A program made the position numbers and the translations under genes. Of a DNA stretch of 64,000 bases, positions 1-11,337 are shown piece by piece. The DNA lies in NCBI GenBank assembly GCA_050613775.1, contig JBODTK010000159.1, positions 310,001 to 374,000 of the forward strand, read 5' to 3'. Position 1 is the stretch's first letter, and the number at the start of each line of letters is the position of its first letter. Under the pieces are notes generated by a model. It did no database searches. It was not told the origin of the DNA and saw only the letters and a program-made list of their open reading frames with translations. This DNA comes from Neocallimastix sp. 'constans' (lineage: Eukaryota).

Positions 1-102
1 CTTCAAAGTACTCAAGCGAAAATAGAAAATGGTATTTTAGAAATGTCTGTGAAAAAAATAAGAAAGAATAATGATCATGTTCATAGAATTGAAATTCAAT
101 GA
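1..102 (+). CDS. 3' end of a small heat-shock protein (Hsp20/alpha-crystallin family), truncated by the window edge
   Basis: Frame 1 reads LQSTQAKIENGILEMSVKKIRKNNDHVHRIEIQ*. It contains the A-x-x-x-N-G-I-L alpha-crystallin motif and a C-terminal I-x-I (IEI) motif. Confidence 0.8.
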   Translation, partial: LQSTQAKIENGILEMSVKKIRKNNDHVHRIEIQ

Positions 103-672
103 ATTTACTTTAAAATATATTATTTAAAAAAGAAAAGAGAAAATAAAATATAATTAAAACATTTTTTTAATTTTTTCTTTATTATGTGTATTTTTAATTT
201 TAATTTTTATTATAAATATTATTACATAAAAATTCTTGTTATTTTCTATTTCTTCCTAACATTAATATACAATACCAAAATTTATAAATATATATATATA
301 TGTTAGCATTCAATAAATTTAAATTTTAATAAATAAATGAACAAATAAAAATAAATTGAAAAATAATAATAATACAAAAAATATAATTGTTTAATATCTT
401 TATAAAATTAATTTATTTAAATTTATATATACAATTTATATAAACCATATATATATATATATAGAATTTTACATAATTTGACATAAAAAAGTTCATTTTT
501 AATTTTTACCATATTTCTTTTATAATATTAAATCATCATATTTTTATTATATAAAATGTTAAATTATATATATTTAATTGACTTTATTAATATTTATATT
601 AATTTTATTTTACTTAATTTTGTTGTTATTGGAAATTCTTTTTTTTTTTTTTTTTTTGTATTATATTTTCAA

Positions 673-715
<43 letters not shown>

Positions 716-764
716 AATGGTATTAAATAATTTATTACTTTTATATTACTTTACATTAACATAA

Positions 765-2035
765 TTTACTAAATATGGTATAAGATGTAAATTTTAATTA
801 ATAAAATATCTGGGGATAAGCAATGTCCATTGGATATATTTTTAATATAATAATAATAAAATTTATAAAATCATGACACTTAAATTATAAAGAAAAAAAA
901 ATTTTTTTTCTTTCGTTTTCCTATTTTTTCTTCTTTTTTTAATAACAAAATCAGTTATTGAGTTAATAAGAATATATTAAATTATAAATAATTTAAAATT
1001 GTTCAAATTTTATAAATATATATATATTATATTTCTGTATTTATTTTTCCTTAATATATCTATTATTCTTGACCTTACTAATTAAAAATGGTTCTGAAAA
1101 GTTCTTTTCTTAAAATGATTTTATTTTTATTTTTATTTTTATTTTTTATTAAATCAAAAGTCCAATTTTTTTGTGTATGGATAGAACTATTAATAATAAG
1201 TACATTTAAAAAGTAATATAATATTTATACAAGAAAATATAATTTTTTGAAATGATTTTATATATATATATATATATATTATTACATTTTATTATTATTA
1301 TTTATATTTTTATAAGTTATATTAAATAATATATATATATATTATAATTATTACAAATTATTAATACTTTATATTTTCCTCACATATGAATTTTATGTAT
1401 AATTAAGGTTGAAAAATAAAAATTAAAAAAAAAAAAAAAAAAAAAAATACTTTATTTTTTTTGTATAATGTTAAACTTATTATGTTATTATTTTAAATAT
1501 GTATTATTAATAATATATATTTACATTAATTTTATATATATTTTTTATATATTTTGTATTGTTATTATTAATATATATATTATTTTTCAAGAACTATGGT
1601 AATTATAAAATTAATTATTAGTTCTATATTATTTTATTATCAAATTTTACAAGATTTACCAAATATAGAATATGGTATAGGATGTTAATCTAAATTAAAA
1701 ATGTACCACATTGTTTATCCCTAAATATTTTATTAATTTAATTAATAAAACTTATAAAAACATGACACTTTAAATAAAACTATAACTTTTTTATTTTATT
1801 ATTCTATTTTTTTTTTTTTTTTAACTTTTATATATATAATCTATTGTTGATTTAATTAGTAATTTAAAGTTTTTTAGATTATATATATATATTGTTTCTG
1901 TATTTATCTTCAGTAATCATATTTATTATTGAGTATTTTAATTAAAAATTATTCAATATATATATTTTTTTTACATTGATTTTATTTTTTTTTATATAAG
2001 AATCATTTGTTTTTTAAGTTGTGGATAGACAAATT
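765..2035. repeat. Diverged direct duplication (~765-1200 vs ~1665-2035)
   Basis: Shared anchors in the same order: AATATGGTATA(A/G)GATGT, CATGACACTT, TTTCTGTATTTAT, TGGATAGA. Confidence 0.7.
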
Positions 2036-2936
2036 GATAGTGAAAATTTTAATTAAAATTTTACAAAATTAAATAAAAAAGTTAATATAAATAATAAAAA
2101 TTTTAAAATAATAATTGGATTTTCGATGTATATCAAAAATAATTTCTCATAAAGCAACTTTAATAATAAAAATAATAATGATATAAACAATTATAAATAG
2201 CATAGTATAATATTCGCAAATCCATATACCTCAACTTCAAAAAAAAAAAAAAAAAAGAGTGAATTATTATCATAGTAATTTAATATCTATTTATTTCAAA
2301 ATCAAAAAATTAATAAAAATTTTTATGAAAAAAAAAAAGATAAAATGATGAAAATTTAACGAAATTTTTAAAATAATCATAATATAAAAGTAAAAATGAT
2401 TTCTTTTATGATAATTTTATATTAAATGAAATGAAGATAATAACATTTGTAAATAAATGTTTTTTGATGTTCATAAAACTTGAATAATTAATTAGTAATA
2501 AAATGTTCTTCTGTATCCTATTAACTTTTTTAAAATTTTCTCTTTTAAAAAAAATTAATAGATAAAAATAAAGTAGTAAATTGAAAAATTTTTTAAATAT
2601 ATATATATATATATATTTTTTTTTGTTGTTGTTGTTGTTGACATTGAATTAGTAAAGTTTTCAATTCAAATAAGCTATCATAATAAAAAAAAAATTTTTT
2701 TTTTTATTGTATATAGTATTACGATTGTAGATAATTTTAAATTAAAAAATTTAATAATTAAAAATTTTAATATGGTTTATAAATTAAAAAGTTTAAATAA
2801 TAAAATCTTTTATAAATATAAAAAAATTATTTTTAATTATATTAAGTATGAATAAAATACACATAGATTAAAAATTGTTTATAAATTATTCATATTGAAG
2901 AAAAAATCAATACATAAAAATTTTTAATTATGCCAT

Positions 2937-2967
<31 letters not shown>

Positions 2968-3340
2968 GTGAGTGGTTCTAATTTTTTTTTATTTTTATTG
3001 TATTGCATTTTTTAAAGTATAATGCTTAAGTAATAGTAAAGAAAAAAATGAACCAAACTAAACTAAAATTTTTTCTTTTTTTTTTTTAACTTATTAGAAA
3101 AAAAAAAAATAAAAAAAAAAACCTTTATGGTGTAACTCAAATGAATGATAAAGAAAGAAAGATTAATCGAAAAAAAAAAAAAAGAAAAAAAAAAAAAAAG
3201 AAAAAAAAAAATTGAATACTAATAACATAGTAATATTAAAATAGCATATAACGTACCTGAATCAAGATTAAAAGAGAAGGGTAAGATAGAGTAAAATAGA
3301 ATAAAGTAAGATATTTTATTTTTTAATTTTTTTCAATTTG

Positions 3341-3396
<56 letters not shown>

Positions 3397-3404
3397 TATT
3401 ATTA

Positions 3405-3451
<47 letters not shown>

Positions 3452-3517
3452 CATTTATTTATTTATTTATTTATTTATTTTTTTATTTTTTTGCCTTTTT
3501 TAACTTCCATACTAGAT

Positions 3518-3599
<82 letters not shown>

Positions 3600-3674
3600 T
3601 AAATATAAATAAAATGAATAACAATAATAATAGCAATAATAATAGTGATATATATTTGTATATATGTTTTTTTT

Positions 3675-4437
3675 TGAATGAGTTGCATTTCGGAACACAG
3701 CTTTATATGAAATTCGGAGTATTTTAATAAACAGTTCATGTAAGAGTGGCTTAAATTATTTTTAATAAATAAATAATAATAATTAAATTTTTAATAAATA
3801 ATGAAATAATGAAATAATGTTTAATAACATTTAATTTTAAACATGTATTTAAATATCTTTTGTCACAATAATATTTAATAATATTTAATTTTAAAGATAT
3901 ATTTTAATATTTCTTGTTAAAATAATAATAAAATAATATTTAATTTTAAAGATATAAATTATATTTATATTTTTTATTAATAATTTTTTTTTTATTTATA
4001 TCCGGTGTGTACCTCCCTTTGAAGGAATATTGAGGTAGTCACAACACTTCCATATAGGTAGAAATGTCCCTGCTGGACAGCCTTACTAAGTATTCATCAT
4101 TGGCGCTCTGCATGCATATTATTGCTGTTTTATTTATAATAATCTATTCTTTTCCTCTGTATGTTTCACTTTATTCAATTTTTGGTTTTTTTTTTTTTTC
4201 ATTTTTTAATGGTTAAAAATAAATTTTATTTAATTTTTCTAATTTATTAATTATTTATCTATTTAGTTTAATTTTTTATTATAGTGTTAATTTAATTAAT
4301 TTCTTTTAAAAGTAATAATTATAAATGAAGTGTTTATGATAATATCTTTTTGATGCTTAAAAAAAAAGAGAAAAAAAATTTACCCCTTTATATTTATTTC
4401 TATATTTATTTATTTACTTATTTATTTATTTATTTAC

Positions 4438-4468
<31 letters not shown>

Positions 4469-4469
4469 C

Positions 4470-4504
<35 letters not shown>

Positions 4505-6048
4505 TTAATAATTATTTAAAAATGATAAAATTTGGACGTTAAATTACAAATTAATTTTTTAATTATAAGCCATGTTTTTAAATGTAAACAATTTCGTTAT
4601 TTTTATTGATCGGGTTAGAATTTCAGAATCCACTAAAAAAAAAAAAAAAAAAAAAAGAGAAATAAATAAATAAATAAATGAAATTCTTCAAATCAAAAAC
4701 CTATTGATCTTCAAGTTACATAGAGGTATCCTAAAATATAATAAATATTTAAATTAAAAACAACAAATATATTAATATCTAAGTCGAAGATATATATATT
4801 TTATAATTTATAATTAAAATAATAAAATAAAATAAAATAAAATATTCAGTAATGGGTATTGTGCATTATGCAATGTGGCGTATAAACTTTTTAAAATAAA
4901 GCCATACATTTTAAGATATTCTATACAATCATAAATAAATATATAAATAATTATTATTTTAAAAGAAATAATAATATATTTTTTCAATAAAATATTATTA
5001 AATAACTATTTCAAAAGAAATAATAATACATTCTATTAAAAAAGAATTATAAAAAATTATTTTTATAATTGAATATTAATAAATTATATATATAAAAAAA
5101 GAATATTCATTATTTATTTAATTATTAAAACAACAAACCATATATAAAAATACGCTACATTGCGAAATGCAAGATTACTAAACGCACTAGATTCTCAGTA
5201 ATAGTATAACAACTCTTATTAATTTATTTATCAATTATCACTCAATATAAGCCTTTTAATTTTTTTCTTTATTGTTTAAGTAATTTAAAATAAATAAATA
5301 AAAAAAAAAAAAAAACTAAAAATAAGTATGAATAGGTTAATGGATTGTTTTTTTTTTTTTTTAAAAAAAAATTTTAAACATCAAAAAAAATTTCTCATAA
5401 ACATTTTATTTAATTGTTACTTTAAAAGAAAAAAAAATGAATAAAATAAATAACTAAAAACTATATAAAAATAAATAACAAAAATTAAATATATTTTATT
5501 TTTAACCATTAAAAAATGGAAAAAACGCTAAAAATTGAAAAAAGTGAAACAAATAAAGCAAAAGAACAAATTATTATAAATAAAAATTATAAATACAATT
5601 TATATCTTTAAAATTAAATATTATTAAACATTTTATTATTTTTTAACAAAAAAAATATTATATTATTAAAATTATATATTAATAAATATTATATTTTATT
5701 ATTTTAACAAAAATTATTAGAAACAATTTTTAAAATTAAATATTATTTATTTATTATTTTAACAAAAAATATTATAGTATATCTTTAAAATTACGTATTA
5801 TTTATTTATTATTTTAACAAAAAATATTAAAGTATATCTTTTAAATTAAGTATTATTTTATTATCACTATCTTAACAAAAAATATTAAAATATATTTTTA
5901 AAATTAAATATTATTTTTTTTTATTATTTAACAAAAAATACTAAAATATATCATTATTATTATAATTTAAGCCACTTATTATATATAAGGTTAATATTTA
6001 AGTACGCCACATTTCTTATAAAGTGATATTCCGAAATGCAACACAATA
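3675..6048. repeat. Large degenerate inverted repeat (arms ~3675-4310 and ~5420-6048), foldback/MITE-like
   Basis: GTTGCATTTCGGAA (~3682) vs TTCCGAAATGCAAC (~6029); AGTGGCTTAAAT vs ATTTAAGCCACT; CATTTTTTAATGGTTAAAAATAAA (~4200) vs its reverse complement at ~5495-5518. Both arms contain AT-rich subrepeats. Confidence 0.75.
4846..5202. mobile_element. Putative MITE (~340 bp) with imperfect terminal inverted repeats and an 8-bp flanking duplication
   Basis: TGCATTATGCAATGTGGCGTA (4862-4882) vs TACGCTACATTGCGAAATGCA (5151-5171). TCAGTAAT occurs at 4846-4853 and 5195-5202. A paralogous segment at ~6050-6345 joins the two flanks without the element. Confidence 0.55.
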
Positions 6049-6580
6049 GTTTTTTTTATTGATCAGGTTAGAGTTACAATGTCCCTCCAAAAAAAATAAA
6101 ATAAAATAAAATAAAATAAATAAAAAAATAAATAAAATTTTTCAAATCGAAAATCTGTTAACAGAGATATCTTAAAATATAATAGATCTTTTAATTAAAA
6201 ACAATAAATGTATTAATAAAAATACTAAATCTAATATATAAATATTATGGTTAATAATTAAAATAATAAAATGAAATGTTAAAAAGTAACATAGTAGATA
6301 TTTTTATTAATTTATTTATCAATAATCACTAAATATAAATCTTAAAAATTTATTTAAAAATATATATATATATCTGATTAAAAGGAAAAGGTAAGAGAAA
6401 ATAAAAGAGAGAAAAAGAAAAAGTGGTATAGTAAGATTTTTTTTTTTTTATTGTTCGTTCTCTTATTACAAAAATGAAAAAAAAAAAAAAAATGGAAAAG
6501 ACCACACAAGGAGAGGGGAGGAGTGTAACACTTTAAAAATTATAATACAGTTATATCTTGATTTAATTAATTTAAAAATA

Positions 6581-6635
<55 letters not shown>

Positions 6636-6639
6636 GTTA

Positions 6640-6686
<47 letters not shown>

Positions 6687-6693
6687 ATTATTA

Positions 6694-6730
<37 letters not shown>

Positions 6731-8534
6731 AATATACTTAATATATACTTTTTTAAAAAAAAGTTCATTTCATATTTATATATTTTTAAATTAATTTATA
6801 GAGTTGATATCTTTTTTTGAAATTATTAAATATATGCTCTATTAATAACTTATTATTTATAATTCTGATTTTATCTTTACCTTAATTCCTTTCTATTCAT
6901 TCATTCATTGTTTTAAAAATGATAATATAAATTTATTTATTTATTTATTTATTTATTATTAATCATTAAATAGAAAATTTATAATTATAACCCTTTAAAT
7001 AATAATAATAGAGTTAATAAATAATAAAAAAAATTATTAAAATTAAGGTTTATGATAAAGAAAATGAAAAAATAATAAATAAATAATAAATAAATAAATT
7101 ATTTATTAATTAAATGAATAAAAAAAAATTCATCATCCACCAAAAAATAAAATAAAAAAAAAAAATAAAAAAACTTTCAATCAACCATTATCCTTGATCA
7201 CTTTTAATTGATTGATTTTAAATACTAATAAATATTAATAAATATAAATAAATATATATAAATATTTGTAAATATTATTAATATCATTAATATTTATTAA
7301 TATTATTATATATATTAAGATAAGAAATTTCATTGAATATAATAAATACACAATTGAATTCTTTTGGATTTGAATGACACTATTGAAAATAATAATTATT
7401 TTATTTCCTAATGTATTTATTTATTAATTTATTAATTCATTTAATTTTTATATATTTATTTCCTAATTTATATATTTATTTGTTTATTTAATTATTATAT
7501 ATTTATTTTCTAATTTATTTATTTTCTAATTTATTTATTTTTAATTTATTTATTCATTTAATTACTTAATTAATTATTTGAAAAGACATTAATCTCTATT
7601 TTCTATAGGTCATTTCTTGACTAATGAATAGATCAAAAAAAGTTAAATATATTACATTTTAAATATTATATTTTATATTTTATATTGTTATATATATTAT
7701 TTTATATATTATTTTATTTTATTTATTTGTTTAAGAAATTCCTTTTTTTTTTTTTTGATTTGTTAAAGATTAATTAATAAAAGTTATTTTTTAATTAAAA
7801 ATGAGTTGATTCAAAATATTAAATAAGAAAATTTTTAAAAAATGAAATATACATTACTTATTTCTATTCCTTTATATATATTTTAAATATTTTTATTCAT
7901 TATTTTACTATTTGTTATGTATTATTTAATATTTACTAATTAACACTTAACTATTTGCTATTTATTATTTAATATTTAATAATCAATAATCAATATTTTT
8001 TATTCATTATTCAATAATTAATTACTAATAATTAATATTAATTTTTATCATTTATCATTTATTATTTATCATTAAATATTAAATATTAAATATTAAATAT
8101 TAAATATTAAATATTAAATATTATGTATTATTATGTATTATTCTATTATTTATTGATTGTTATTTAATTATTCAATTATTTATTATTCAAATATTATTTA
8201 ATTCTTATTTAATTCTTCATTTATTTTTTATTTATTATTCAATTATTTATTATTCAATTATTTATTATTTATTATATATTATTCAATTATTTATTATTCA
8301 ATTATTTATTATTTAATTATTTATTATTTAATTATTTATTATTATTTTTATATATTTACAATGAACTTTAGGTGTATCTTTTTTCTTTTTTTTTTTTAAA
8401 GTTTTACTATTTAGATAAACTTTTTAGGGTTTAAGTAGTACAAAATTATTTTTGAAGATTTAATAATAATATAAAATATTAAATACAATATAATAATACT
8501 AAAGTATTTATTTTAAAATAGAATAAATGATTTT

Positions 8535-8692
8535 AGGAAATGCTTTTTTATTTTTATTTTATTTTATTTTATTATTATTCAATTTGTATTATAATTATAT
8601 TCATATTCTTAAATCATAGGAAATACTTTTTTATTTTTATTTTATTTTATTTTTTTATTACTCAATCGGTACTTTAATTGTATTCATATTCT
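8535..8692. repeat. Two-copy tandem duplication (~80 bp)
   Basis: AGGAAAT(G/A)CTTTTTTATTTTTATTTT...TATTCATATTCTT occurs twice. Confidence 0.65.
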
Positions 8693-10155
8693 TTAACTAT
8701 TTATTGTTATTATTATTTTATTTTTTATTTTATTTAATTTATATTTTATTTAATATTTTAATTTATAATAATTTTTAATAAATCCACATAATTTTTAATT
8801 TTTAATTTATAATTTTAAAAAATTTTTTCATATGTTTTTTTTTTCATATTTTTTTAATATACTTGGATGTCAAATTTTATACGTTAAAAATTACAAATAT
8901 TTATTTTAAATTATTTGACATTTCCATATATCAACTATATTCCTTTTATTGGATTAATATTAACAAATATAATGTATATTTTAACAAAACATATTTATGT
9001 CAACTAAGAATCAATTTTTTTTTGTAAATAAAAATAATTTTAATGATGTAATATTGAAAGTTATCGAAAACCTGTTTTATTGCTATTATTCATTTAGTAT
9101 TTATTATTATTTGTTACGCTTTTTTCTATAATAATGATTAATTATTCTGATTCATAGTTTACTTATTTGATTTTAACATTTATCTTATCTCCATATTAAT
9201 ATTATTATATTAATTTTTTTATATTAATAATTATTATTATTAATAATAAATAATATAATATTATTTAATCAAAAAAATTTTAGTACTTTGTAGAATAATT
9301 AATAAATTAATTATTTTTTTTATTTTAATAACAAATAAAGTTTTCCTTTTTTTTTATTTTTGATTTCTTTCTTTAGGAATTAATAAAATTTATAATATAT
9401 TTTGGTATCATTTAAATATATACAAAAAATAAAGTAATAGTATACTACAAAATATGATATAATTTTTCAATATAAAATAAAGTTAAATCAATATAATTGA
9501 AAAAGTTTAAATATACATATATTACAATATATAGTTATATTTGACCAATTATATATTATAATATACTGTTTATTTTTTTTTTAAAACTAAAAAGATCAAA
9601 TCCAAATTAGGAACTATTTAATCATTTATCTTAACATAAAATAAATTAAAATCAATGTTTTGAAATGTTTAAAATAATATATATGCAATATATCGAAAAA
9701 TATATTAGGCATAATTGAATTTATATGTAACTCTTTTATTAAAATGCAAACAAAAAAATTAAACTAAATAAAAAGTAACCGTTTGTTCAATTAATTTATA
9801 TTGTAAACTTTTAATTAATATATTAGTTATATATTATTTTTATTATTTTATAGGATTATTTTAATTATTCAATATATATTTATCAATTAACAATATAAAA
9901 ATTCATATATTAGAATGCAATCATAACAGAATTGGAAATATTTGATAAAAACCAAAGTTTTTAAAGTATGAATTTTTTTCTTTTCAAATTACTTTTTTAT
10001 TATATAAAATTAATATTTATATATATATTTACTTATAATGTATTTATCCATTTATTTATCCATTCCATATAGGAATGCATAATTATATATTATTTTATAT
10101 TTTATATTAATTAATAATAAAGATATATATTATAATATATTGTTATAGATTTCTG

Positions 10156-10193
<38 letters not shown>

Positions 10194-10495
10194 TAGATTT
10201 AATAGAATTTTACTTTTTGTATCCCTGCCTATTCATTTAACCAACTTTTAAATTCAAAATTGGTTAGTTTGTTGGCAGTTAAAATACGATCTAGTTTATT
10301 CATTATAAAAAAATATTGAATATACTTTTTTTTATTAATATAATTATATATTTTATTTTTCAAACTTAATATTTTTTTAATTCATTATTCTTTTATTTCA
10401 TTTCATTATTTTATCTTATTTTTTTTATTTAATTTTTGCTAATCCAACTAAATGAAAAGTTTTCTTCTCTCCATTTTTTTTATAAATAATTTTTC

Positions 10496-10915
10496 CCAAT
10501 CACTTTTTAGTTAATCAACGTTGAATAATTTCATGATTGGATTTACTCGAATTTCATTGGTTGACTTTGGTAGATTGAAATATATGTAAAATATAAATTA
10601 ATATATTGAATGAATAACATATTAAGATATTGTCAATGTAATATATAAAATGTAAATATATTGAATGAATAACATATTAAAAATATTGTCAATGTAATAT
10701 ATATATAATGTAAATATATTGAATGAATATATTTAATAAATAGTAAATAAACATTAAAATAAAATAAATAATAAATAATAAATAATAAATAATTAAATAA
10801 TAAATTATAAATAATAATGAATATTTTAAAAAAAATTAATATTATCAATAATTTAATTTTTTTAATTAGGTAAAAGAAAAAATAAATCATTTTTAATATT
10901 TTTGACGTATATAAA
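10496..10915 (+). promoter_or_regulatory. Putative promoter of SAM synthetase (CCAAT boxes, CRE-like TGACGT, TATA)
   Basis: CCAAT at 10496 and ATTGG at ~10536 and ~10556. TGACGT (10903-10908) abuts TATATAAA (10908-10915). Short motifs only, in very AT-rich DNA. Confidence 0.35.
10600..10730. repeat. ~57-bp tandem repeat (about 2.3 copies) upstream of SAM synthetase
   Basis: ATATATTGAATGAATAACATATTAA..ATATTGTCAATGTAATATATA repeated. Confidence 0.8.
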
Positions 10916-11010
10916 ATAAAAAAAATTTCTCTCTTTTTTTTTTTATTTTTTCAGTTTTATTTTCATAAATATTATCAATTTTATTCTTTACTGAATATTT
11001 TTAATTAATT

Positions 11011-11309
11011 GTAAGTTTTATTTACAATATCAAAAGTTTTAAAATATAATGAAGATAATTTGATTTATTTTAAGAATAGAAATGATATGAAAATGATCAG
11101 ATATTGTTATATAAAATATATATGTGAATAAAAATATGTTATTAACAATAAATGATACATAATATTTATATTTTTATTTTATTTAAAATGTGATTGAAAA
11201 TTCATATAATAGAAAATAATTACTTTAATGAATTAAAACTTACCAAAAAAAATTATATTTTATTTTTTATTTTATTTATAATATATATATTTAAATAAAA
11301 TAATATTAG
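11011..11309 (+). other. Probable 5'-UTR intron of SAM synthetase
   Basis: Consensus donor GTAAGT at 11011 and a TTAG acceptor ending at 11309, 28 nt before the ATG. No transcript evidence is available. Confidence 0.45.
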
Positions 11310-11337
11310 ATATATAATAATAAAAATACTAAATACA

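Noticed and set aside
3338..3739. ORFs rich in poly-I/Y/N (also 19237-19455, 21484-21912, 24180-24422, 53136-53453, 60517-61011, 62359-62802 and similar)
   Set aside because: They are translations of microsatellites or AT-rich tandem repeats with no protein-like content.
4047..4070. GTCACAAC-A-CTTCC resembling the start of the bacterial SAM/SAH riboswitch, and ATGATGA (C box) on the opposite strand
   Set aside because: There is no closing GTGAC stem, it lies 7 kb from the SAM synthetase gene, and there is no terminal CTGA D box.
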